Positions 1 to 8,750 of a stretch of DNA of 17,686 nucleotides are shown here, piece after piece (within the stretch, counting starts at the first letter, position 1; each line of letters begins with the position of its first letter). A program made the position numbers and the translations under genes. Where the stretch lies: NCBI RefSeq assembly GCF_006345805.1, contig NW_021825487.1:1-17686 (forward strand). Direction: 5' to 3'. The stretch is from Octopus sinensis (lineage: Eukaryota). The notes under the pieces are model-generated. The model was not told the origin of the DNA. It worked only from the letters and a program-made list of their open reading frames with translations, and made no database searches.

Positions 1-183
1 TGCTGCATCGAGAATATCGTTTTGATCTACGGTACTACTGTTACATTATTGTGCCTGTTTGTACACAGGCCACCCCTTTTAGAATGTGAGTAACATAGAA
101 TGTTCGCATGACAACCATTTCACAATATTCCTTTTTCTTTTCATCTCGTTACTTTGTTGTTGCTGTTGTTCTTATTGCTATTT

Positions 184-397
184 AAGATGGGGAGCTGGCT
201 GACTCATGGCGATCCAAGCAAAATGCTTAGCGGCTCTTCGTCTGCCTTCACGTTCTGAGTTCAAATTCCGCAGAGGTCGACTTTGCCTTTCATCCTTTCG
301 GAGTTGATAAATTAAGTACCAGTTGCGTACTGGGGTCGATGCAATCGATGAGTCTCCTCCTCCAAAATTTCAGACCTTGTGCCTTTAGTAGAAAGGA
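184..397 (+). mobile_element. tRNA-derived SINE, family A (octopus OR2/OK-like), short-tail variant
   Basis: Head GAGCTGG, B-box-like GAGTTCAAATTCC, central GTCGACTTTGCCTTTCATCCTTTCGGAGTTGATAAATTAAGTACCAG and tail CCTTGTGCCTTTAGTAGAAAGG followed by (ATT)n. Aligns by eye with about 10 other copies in the window. The family name is from recall. Confidence 0.9.
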
Positions 398-422
398 TTA
401 TTATCATTATTATTATTATTAT

Positions 423-637
423 GGTAATGAGCTGGAAGAACCGTTAGCTTGTCGGACGAGATGCTTAACGGCATTTCGTCCGTCTTTACGTTCTAAGTTC
501 AAATTGCGCCGAGGTTAGCTTTGCCTTTCATCCCTTCGGGGTCGATGAAACAAATACAGTTGAGCACTGGGGTCACTCGACTCATCTCCATCCCCTTAAA
601 AAGAAAAATTTCAGGTTTTCTGCCAACACTAGAAACG
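423..637 (+). mobile_element. SINE family A, more diverged copy directly after the (ATT)n tail of the previous copy
   Basis: GAGCTGGAAGAACCGTTAGC...GTTCAAATT...CTTTGCCTTTCATCCCTTCGGGGTCGAT...CACTGGGGTC...TAGAAACG, followed by (GTT)n. Confidence 0.85.
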
Positions 638-913
638 TTTACTGTTGTTGTTTGTTGTTGTTGTTGTTGTTGTTGCTAGAGTCCTTCATGACAGAATTCA
701 TGTTATTGATGTTGTGGTTAATTTAGACTTAACGTACTTATTGATCAAAGACTTTCCAGCCACGACCACCCTGCCTATTAGATAAATATCCAGTATTTAA
801 GACCACATGTTGCAATCTTACCTTCTCGTTTATTAAAACATCAGTGTATGATACAAGAGCGTTTCGTTGCTATTTCTAGCGTGGTCCAGTGGCTGTACAA
901 GCGATTGCGTCGA

Positions 914-1007
914 CTTGTTATTGTTGTTGTTGTTGTTGTCGTTGTCGTCGTCATCTATGGCATCTTTTTTTGTAGATGTTGTTTATTTTGTTATTGGTTC
1001 TCTGTTT

Positions 1008-1047
<40 letters not shown>

Positions 1048-1231
1048 GGGACAAGCAAGGCCAAAAACAGTGTAAAGCCTCTCTCGCAAGTTTCTATCAT
1101 CACCATCATCACCACTATCATCACCATATTTGCCAACACTACCACCATCACCACCGCCACATCGAACACCAGTTCATCATCATCATCACCACCACGACCG
1201 TCATCATCATCCTCATCATCGTCACCATCAC

Positions 1232-1266
<35 letters not shown>

Positions 1267-1345
1267 CAATCACCACCACCGCCAACAACACACCACCATC
1301 ATCACTACCACCATCGCCTTGGTCATCCTCACCACCACCACCACC
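914..1345. repeat. Trinucleotide microsatellite cluster: (GTT/GTC)n ~916-951, (AAC)n 1008-1046, (CAT/CAC)n ~1097-1345
   Basis: Direct reading. Explains the poly-N/Q/T/H/S/I/M ORFs at 848-1538. Confidence 0.95.
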
Positions 1346-1387
1346 TAAACAGATACTCTTTTGTAAGTCTGACACTTATGTCTTTCA

Positions 1388-1780
1388 ACACACACACACA
1401 CAAACTCTCTTTCTTTTTTGTATTTTATATTTCAACCATTTCTTTTGTATAGCGGCCACACACACAATCATACACACACACACACACATGCAAACACACA
1501 TACGCTCACATATGCCCCACTACACGCGCGTACATTGAAAGAGAAGTTGATAGACTGAACGAAGATCAACACACGTGTGTGTTGTGTGTGTGTGTGTGTG
1601 TGTGTGTGGATTTATATACAGGCTCTTGTAGACCCATGCATATTAACATATATACACACATACACACACATATACATACATACATATATGCACACATCAC
1701 ACGTACATATATCTATGTGTATTTATATGTGTGTGTATACATATATGCATGTGTTTGGGTATGTATGTATGTATGTAGTA
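1388..1780. repeat. Mixed (CA)n/(TG)n/(TA)n microsatellites
   Basis: Direct reading. Confidence 0.9.
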
Positions 1781-1964
1781 TTTTTTTAGTGTATATTTAG
1801 ATTTACGACTGCAGTTGATGCACCAAGATTTGCACGTAGACCCCCAATTGCTCTTCAACCTTCAACTGCAGAGGATACAAATGACCACAATGGTGAAACG
1901 TGCGTAGGGAACGAATGATATAAGTTGCATCTTGTGTTTATCATATTCTTCCCCATGTGAGTGC

Positions 1965-2086
1965 ATGTGTATATGTGAGTATATATATATATATATATAT
2001 ATATATCTATATATATAATATATATATTATATATATCTATATATATATATATGTATATGCGAGTGTGTTTATATATATATATATCT

Positions 2087-2122
<36 letters not shown>

Positions 2123-2161
2123 ATATATTATGTGTGTGTGTGTGTGTGTGTGTGTTTGTGT

Positions 2162-2193
<32 letters not shown>

Positions 2194-2280
2194 TGTCTGT
2201 CTGTGTGTATGTGTATGGTATGATTTCTATTATATAGATAATCTATATTATATATATATATATATAATATATATAACACA
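1965..2280. repeat. (TA)n-(TG)n-(TA)n compound microsatellite
   Basis: Direct reading. Confidence 0.95.
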
Positions 2281-2638
2281 CACCTATATCCATACATAGT
2301 CTCCAATAATTGAATTGCTTTCTCTTTTAGTGATGGGTAAACTAGGATTAAACGGTAAATATATATTTTCATTGCTTTCTAAAACACAGTATTTTGCAGA
2401 TTTCAACGAACGTAGAAATGAATAAAATATGAGAGTCTAGTAAGATTCGAAACCCTATCTCTTAGATCAATCACCTCAGTGTAATTTACTTTATGCTCTA
2501 AGCCCACTTCCTCAATATACTCTCAAACCTACAACCTCGAATGCAATTTATAATCTTTGGTGCATGTGTACTTTGTATGTCTCTATTTGTCCTTGTGTTG
2601 TTGTTGTTGTTGTTATTATTATTATTATTATTATTATT

Positions 2639-3037
2639 AAAGCGGCGAGCTGGCAGAATCGTTAGCATGCCGGGCGAAATGCTTTGCAGTATTTCGTCTG
2701 CCAGTACGTTCTGAGCTCAAATTCCGCCAAGGTCGACTTTGCCTTTCATCCTTTCGGGGTCGATAAATTAAGTACCAGTTACGTACTGGGGTCGATATAA
2801 CCAACTTAATCCGTTTGTCTGTCTTTGTTTGTCTCCTCTGTGTTTAGCCCCTTGTGGGTAGTAAAGAAATAGGTATTTCGTCTGTCTTTATGTTCTGGGT
2901 TAAAACGCCACTGGAGTCCACTTTGCCTTTCATCCTTTTGGGGGTCGATAAATTAAGTACCAGTGAAACACTGGGGTCGATGTAACCGACTAGTCCCCTC
3001 CCCACAAATCTGAAGCCTTGTACCTATTGTAGAAACC
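2639..3037 (+). mobile_element. Composite SINE family A: host SINE interrupted at GTATTTCGTCTG by a LINE-tailed SINE segment (2701-2872)
   Basis: Head GCGGCGAGCTGGCAGAATCGTTAGC. The central domain occurs twice (~2731-2795 and ~2916-2980). The 12-mer GTATTTCGTCTG is at 2689-2700 and 2873-2884. The first tail is GTTTAGCCCCTTGTGGGTAGTAAAGAAATA and the second is GCCTTGTACCTATTGTAGAAACC. Confidence 0.9.
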
Positions 3038-3048
3038 TTATTATTGCT

Positions 3049-3452
3049 AAATTCCGATGTAGTAAAGAAACAAAGTTTACTCTTTTTTAGAAGAAGCGTT
3101 GAGATGTATTGAAATATAGAGATATGGAAATATTTTACTCTCAGAAGCATAATAATAATAATAATAATGCTGAATAATATAAATAGAATAGAAATCCTTA
3201 CATTGCAGAAAATTTTGTCAGCAGCCAGCCATGAGACACGAACTCACATCCCTGCGATTACCGGTCATAGTGATTTACCTTTAAGCTAAACTGCCTACTA
3301 ACAAATTCTTCTGAACTTATAAATATAGCTTTTATAGACGCTGTTTGTGAAATTATGATGTATGTAAACAAAGTTTGCTTCCTTTTAGAAGCGTTGAGTT
3401 GTATTGAAATATAGAGATATGGAAATATTTTACTCACAAGCGTATAATAATG
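3049..3452 (+). repeat. Two ~105-bp direct repeats (about 3049-3160 and 3350-3452), ~300 bp apart
   Basis: Both copies read AAACAAAGTTT...TTTTAGAAG(AAG)CGTTGAG(A/T)TGTATTGAAATATAGAGATATGGAAATATTTTACTC. Confidence 0.9.
3224..3295 (-). pseudogene. tRNA-like sequence (72 nt, GGT in the anticodon position, Thr-like); tRNA pseudogene or SINE head
   Basis: Minus strand GGCAGTTTAGCTTAAAGGTAAATCACTATGACCGGTAATCGCAGGGATGTGAGTTCGTGTCTCATGGCTGGC. A-box-like TAGCTTAAAGG; T arm GTGAG/TTCGTGT/CTCAT; anticodon arm CTATGA/CCGGTAA/TCGCAG with one mismatch; acceptor GGCAGTT/GGCTGGC pairs 6 of 7 including G-U. C at position 33 and the mismatches argue against function. Confidence 0.55.
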
Positions 3453-3825
3453 TTGATGTTGTTGTTGTTGTTTATATGTATGCTTTGATATTGTTCAGAC
3501 GACGCCAAGATTCGAACCCGAAATCTTTTCCTTGTTGTTCTGTTCGATTAATTTGTTCAGCTCCTTTCTAAGGGGTTCAAGCGATTCAAATCTCAAAGAT
3601 CGTTGTTCAGTTTTCAATTTGTTCGTAGAAAGGGCTTAAGCTAGAAGCGAAGGCTCCAATGGCCGCGAGGGTAGAAAGGGAGTTAACTAGCCTTGGCATT
3701 CGTATTCTGCTGTGGGAACGGAAATGTATCAATAGCCCAGACCCTTAATTCTCAAATAGCGCAGTCTACTTAGCCGTAAATGGTTATCTAAGGGCTGGAA
3801 CAACTTGTATTGGCGGCCAACACAA

Positions 3826-3925
3826 ATAGATAGATAGATAGATAGATAGCTTGACGTATATATTTTATACATATATAATATATATATATATATATTATAT
3901 ATATATACGCACACACACACACACC
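3826..3925. repeat. (GATA)n, (TA)n and (CA)n microsatellites
   Basis: Direct reading. Confidence 0.9.
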
Positions 3926-4243
3926 CATGCATACAGAAATACATACATGTCCATATACTTAATTCTGACGCACACACATGTATTCTTATATACATACATA
4001 TACACACATGTCTATATACTTTACGCTCACAGCCCTCCGATCCACCCATGTTTATTTTCCAGTCCAATATTCCACCAGTGACTCTCAACGATGCTAAACA
4101 ATCTTGAAATTCTCAAAACCATTTATTCTACCATAAAAATGCCAAACTTTGGTCATTAAACTTGAAAAACCTTCCACCGACTTCAAGACGTCAGCTAAAC
4201 AATTAATTCTTCCCCTTTCCTTCCCACCACAGCACACAACACC

Positions 4244-4272
<29 letters not shown>

Positions 4273-4276
<4 letters not shown>

Positions 4277-4464
4277 TTCTTTTACCTGTTTCAGTCGTTG
4301 GACTACGGTCATGCTGGGGCACGGCTTTGAAGGGTTCAATCGGCCCCTAGTAATTACTTCAAGTCTGTTGCTTATTTTATCGAATCCTTTCCGCTGAACC
4401 GTTATGTTGCAGGCAAGTAAAAAGAAAATGCGACACCAGTTGTTGAGTCATAAAAGGACGAACT

Positions 4465-4470
<6 letters not shown>
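4273..4470 (-). mobile_element. SINE family B (octopus OR1/CORE-like), 3' half, diverged
   Basis: TTTTACCTGTTTCAGTCGTTGGACTACGGTCATGCTGGGGCAC...GAACCG matches the 3' part of the full copy at 14523-14948. Flanked by (CT)n 4244-4270 and (CA)n 4468-4512. Confidence 0.8.
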
Positions 4471-4517
<47 letters not shown>

Positions 4518-5367
4518 TGATACAGGAATTACAGAGTGAAACAATTTGGGGGCAGAAGGTAAGTTTCAGGTTTAGGGTTAAACAAAGAGATGGGGGCTGA
4601 GATTGAAAACCTGAACGTGTGAGAATGTCCTTGAGGAACGTATTCTTGTGTGCTGGAAGCATGATTTAAGTTTTTAAAAATGTACAGCAGGATGTGGATC
4701 TGCCAGTGGGTATATAGTGATTTCGTCTTTGGACTATTGACTGAGACAAACTCGGTCCGATGTTAAAACCAATATCAACGATTGTTGTATCATAAGAATA
4801 TGTTTCACTGAAGAGGATCGGGAAATAAGGTGAGGGGTAGATATGGGTTCACTCGGCATTGTAGATCCCATCATCCAGATGGTTGGCCTGTTGCTGAAGG
4901 ACTGACTTGTAGCCGGTGGGGGAAGACTTGTAAGTCCTTCGCAGGCCTTAGGGGCTTTGTAAGACGTCATCAGCGATAGAGAGACAAAACGTAAGTTGTT
5001 TCTTAAGAGTGAAATGGATTTAAGAAGTGGTCTTATTTCGTCACGAGCCGCCTTCTACGATGTATGTATATGCATGCTATAACGTTACTTATAGCACGCG
5101 TGGTGCAGCTTAAACTTGTATCGCAACGCTCACACAAACAAGAGCCGTCGTAGTATTTGTGAGAATAGTAAAAAAAAAAATGTCTTCTTTTATGACATCA
5201 AAGACTCAGAATATGCATGCTGGTCGTATTTTATCAAACTAAGCGTCAATTTTTTATGACCCTCACACAAATATCCTGCAACATTAACCTGTAACAAACT
5301 GTACTGATAATACGAGTAATGCTGAAACGGGCTGTCTGCATATATAGAAATTATATCATTGCTAAAT

Positions 5368-5554
5368 AATAACTATTAGCGACAGAAGAACTATAAATAC
5401 CAAATGGCAATCTTTTCGTCCTACTAAATGTGGATGTATTATACGAACGCCAAACACTACGGTATTCGCCCGAGAGCTCCTCTCATATAGACGTATAATG
5501 CTAAGAGCACGGACATATACCGTATTTATACTTCTTCTGTCACTAATATTTATT
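5368..5554. repeat. Internal inverted repeat A/A' (5368-5400 and 5522-5554)
   Basis: AATAACTATTAGCGACAGAAGAACTATAAATAC vs GTATTTATACTTCTTCTGTCACTAATATTTATT: 30/33 complementary. Confidence 0.9.
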
Positions 5555-5951
5555 TCTTCAATAAGACTGCTGGTTGATTAAGACATCAGTGATTGAAGGG
5601 TCACTGTTATTCAGTATCTTGTTGGCAGTGAGATTTACCTGGTATGCGGGACCAGACGCCTGTCACTGAGGAAAAGCAGTCCGCTCTAATCACGTGATCT
5701 AGCAATTCCGGTTCCCAAACATACGGATTTTCATACGCTTCTTTTACAATCTTTATATTCAAACCAATATATATACATTTCCCATAAAAACATGCGTGGG
5801 CATCAGAACTGCCCACGCCAGATGGTTTTCATCTGATACCAATATACGCCTGTGCTCTTAGCGCCGTATGAGAGGACCTCTCAAGGCGAACACCGCAGTA
5901 TTCAGCGTCCTAATGATACGTCCGCGTTTAGTAAGACGTAAATATTGCCAT
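5404..5951. repeat. Internal inverted repeat B/B' (5404-5519 and 5843-5951)
   Basis: The first 67 nt of B match the reverse complement of B' at 52/67, mostly transitions. The match continues through GAGAG(C/G)TCCTCTCATA and GCTAAGAGCAC with small indels. Confidence 0.85.
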
Positions 5952-5958
5952 AGCATTG

Positions 5959-5992
<34 letters not shown>

Positions 5993-6529
5993 CTGACGAC
6001 TGGCCTCAAACAATAATATTTACAGATCTACCTACCCCTCACCTTATTCACCGATCCTCTTCAGTGAAACATATTCTTATGATACAACAATCATTGAAAT
6101 TGGTTTTAACATCTGACAGAGTTTGTCTCAGTCAATAGTCCAACGACGAAATCACTATATACCCACTGGGAAGCTGTTTAGTACGTCACCCTCTCTGCTA
6201 TACATGAACAATACAAAACTAGCTCTTTGTTTTGTGTGTGTGTTGTGTGTGTGTGTGTGTGTGTGTAGCTGGAGACACATAAAATATTTTAGCTGACTCC
6301 TACCTACAAAACAGGACCTAAACCAGAATACTGCTCACAATTATGGCCCAGTGGTGCTATAGACGCGCACACACACACACAACACACACACACACATACA
6401 CACACACACACAAACAAACAAACAAACAAACACATGCACACTAATATCCGAGACAGCATTCAAAAAGAAGACCTTGAACAAATTGGCAGCCTGTCCTTCT
6501 GCCACATGCAACAACCAGTGGGACGCTGT

Positions 6530-7008
6530 TGGGTTTTTCCCCTCCTCAATTTCTTCGACCGATATTAATACGTTTGCTACTCTTTTTAACTAGCAAACTG
6601 ACCCTTCCCTCCCCCCGGCCACCCCCTGCCTTTATTCAATCTTGGTGTCTCCCCTCCCACTCCCGCCATTTCTTACAAGCCAATACTATCAACATACTTA
6701 CATACGCCCTCATCCAATCCGTCCACTGTCTCCTCCCACACTTGCCATATCAACACTCGCCACCCGCTTCCAGGCCACTCCTACTGTATCTCCTCTCTCA
6801 TAATCTCATACTAAACGCCCCACCTAATCTTCCCACCCACAAAACCGCCTTCTCCTATAATTCCGTCTCTGCTCACATTTTATTCTTCTTACCGCCATCG
6901 CCCTAACACTGCTTAAACACAACTTCACATATATTAATCACACCAATTTAAGAAAACCCGCTCAGATCTTAGACCCTGATTCTCTGCCTGTCCCTCTCAC
7001 ACTATCTC

Positions 7009-7050
<42 letters not shown>
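6530..7050. repeat. C-rich, G-poor strand-skewed tract ending in (CT)n 7012-7050; probably an old unclassified interspersed repeat
   Basis: Marked C>>G skew over ~500 bp. The ORF at 6529-6906 is P/L/S/H-biased with no recognisable domain. Repeat identity is inferred. Confidence 0.35.
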
Positions 7051-7053
<3 letters not shown>

Positions 7054-7437
7054 ATTTATACAAACTGACGCCATTTAACTTGAGCCGTTCTACATAATTA
7101 ATTATTCCCTGACAACGCCATTTCCTCCGTTTTTAGACTTTATTCACCAATATTCACGGATACCTCGCCCCCGCTCTCCTCTCCTTTCGTTCTGACCCCT
7201 ATTAATCTCTTGAAGAATTTTTTACCATTCAAACATCTTTAATGTTTACAACAAAGGTGCGAGCCATAACCCTTGCCCATGTTACCACATTTTTACTAAA
7301 CTTTGAGAAATGGTTAATGAAACAGGATATTGTTATGTTAACAGCGTTAGTAACTGCTAATAATTAATTCAAGATAAAATAAGAAAAACCGTTGATATTA
7401 AACCGGATATCCTTGAATTAACAAAACGGTCTGCTGT

Positions 7438-7737
7438 GGTTCAGTCCCAGTGCGTAGCACCTTAGCCCCGTGTCAACCAAAGCCTTGTGAACAGAGTTGG
7501 CAGACGAAAACTGAAAGAAGCCCGTGTGGTGTGTGTGTGTGTGTGTGTGTCCACCACTTGGGATCCGGTACTGGTGTATTTACTTAGCGGTTCGGAAAAA
7601 GCGTTCGCCAGAATAAGAATCAGGCGTTAAAAAAAATAAGTGCTGGAGTCGATTTATTCGATTAGAATTCTTCAAGGAGGCGGTGCCCCAGCATCGTCGC
7701 ATTCTAATGGCTGAAACAAGTAAACGATAAAGATAAA
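7438..7737 (+). mobile_element. SINE family B, 5'-truncated, diverged, with internal (TG)n
   Basis: GGTTCAGTCCCAGTGCGTAGCACCTT...ACCAAAGCCTTGTGA...GAAAACTGAAAGAAGCCCG...GGTGCCCCAGCAT...GCTGAAACAAGTAAA is the reverse-complement match to 14523-14948. Confidence 0.85.
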
Positions 7738-7981
7738 CAGTTAAATACCTTCGCTGACACAGAGGAAGGCACCTAGCCTCTTCACAGTCGTTATATACGA
7801 CACACAACACTCTAAATATCCTTTTTTAGGCCCTGACCCTTTGCATGGCCTCCGAGATTGGTGGAAAGAAGAGAAAAGATGGGGGGGGGGCGGTATCCTG
7901 GAACTACGAACGCAGTCTGAATGTTTGCAACAAAATTGCAACATGTTGCCATGTGGTGATGTTAAACCACGAAACGGGTCA

Positions 7982-8203
7982 GGATTTGAACTCAAAAGGT
8001 AAATAAAAAAACCGAACAAATACCGCAAGTCATCTCCATCGATGCTCTACCGATTCCGACAGTTCACCTCCCCAAATTGGTACTCTTTATATCGACCAGG
8101 AAATGATGAAGGTAAAGTTGACCTCGGCGAGATTTGAACTCAGAGAATAGAGACTAGAAATAAAGGCATTCTATCCGGCGCTCTAACCACACAACCAGTT
8201 CGT
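7982..8203 (-). mobile_element. Two tandem diverged fragments of SINE family A (about 7982-8070 and 8075-8203)
   Basis: GATTTGAACTCA (reverse complement of the B box) occurs twice. GGTAAAGTTGACCTCGGCG and CGATTCCGACAGTTCACC match the family head and centre on the minus strand. Confidence 0.7.
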
Positions 8204-8327
8204 TTCATTTATTTCAATCATTCCTTTATTTACATCCTACGACAATTTATGTCTTCTACGCAGGACTTATAATTGCATCGCAATATGTCGCCATATTAAC
8301 AGGCCTCACAACAGGTAGATAGATATG

Positions 8328-8685
8328 TTTCTTTATTGGCCACACAGGGCTGCACACAGACGGGACAGAATACAAAGTAGAGCTTTTCTTTATGGGGAGA
8401 AAAGAAAAGAAAAAGGTAGGGTAGGTTTTCGATCAAAAGGGATCGTAAAAGGGAAAGGAAAGAAAAAAAAAGAAAAAGAAAAAACGATCAATAGGGATCG
8501 TGTATCACAGAAATGTCATGATGTAAAGTGTAAAGGGGGAAGCAGATAGGGTTTATCCGTGGAATGAAAAGCCTACGGACAAGACCACGGTAACCTCGGT
8601 CAATAATGTCACATGTTCGCACATTTGTTTGCAAAGAGGTAACCCTCTGTTTTAATTTTTCCGGGTTCATAGGATTATGCTCAAG
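8328..8685 (-). mobile_element. 3' UTR/terminus of a 5'-truncated non-LTR retrotransposon (probably L1/Tx1 clade)
   Basis: Minus strand starts with TTG AGC ATA ATC CTA TGA (possible ORF2 end), then a pyrimidine-rich UTR, ending TGTCCCGTCTGTGTGCAGCCCTGTGTGGCCAATAAAGAAA followed by a short TATC run. The clade call is from recall of similar octopus repeats; no coding motif confirms it here. Confidence 0.55.
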
Positions 8686-8711
8686 ATATATATAATATAT
8701 TATAATAGTAT

Positions 8712-8750
<39 letters not shown>

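Larger units (their letters stand above)
4704..6168. mobile_element. Probable non-autonomous DNA transposon / foldback element with 137-bp terminal inverted repeats (4704-4840 and 6032-6168)
   Basis: Hand alignment of the arms gives 130/137 identity with no gaps; both termini read 5'-CAGTGGGTATATAGTG. The ORF track shows the same peptide on opposite strands (4734-4970 minus, 5956-6138 plus). No transposase ORF. No clean TSD (GGATCTGC vs GGAAGCTG), so the superfamily is unresolved; CAGTGG ends are compatible with hAT. Confidence 0.7.

Noticed and set aside
848-2372. Long ORFs (up to 223 aa) with poly-Q/H/T/I/N and YIYI/CVCV tracts
   Set aside because: They are translations of tri- and dinucleotide microsatellites, open in several frames and on both strands, with no domain content.
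3496-3636. Minus-strand frame reading ...TNKLKTEQRSLRFESLEPLRKELNKLIEQNNKEKISGSNLGVV*
   Set aside because: It looks helical but is short, bounded by stops, has no convincing splice sites and has no recognised homology.
4570-4582. TTAGGG-like words (also TAACCCTAACC at ~11551)
   Set aside because: Only 1-2 units; not an interstitial telomere array.
4808-4825. CTGAAGA...GAAA in the left arm and GTC-CAAC-GAC-GAAA in the right arm resembling hammerhead cores
   Set aside because: There is no stem II closing pair in the first and no CUGANGA before the second, and the two half-motifs lie on opposite strands of the arm.
4734-6138. Paired ORFs 4734-4970 (-) and 5956-6138 (+) sharing a C-terminal peptide, plus ORF 5607-5816
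   Set aside because: The shared peptide is a by-product of the inverted repeat; no transposase or other motif is recognisable.
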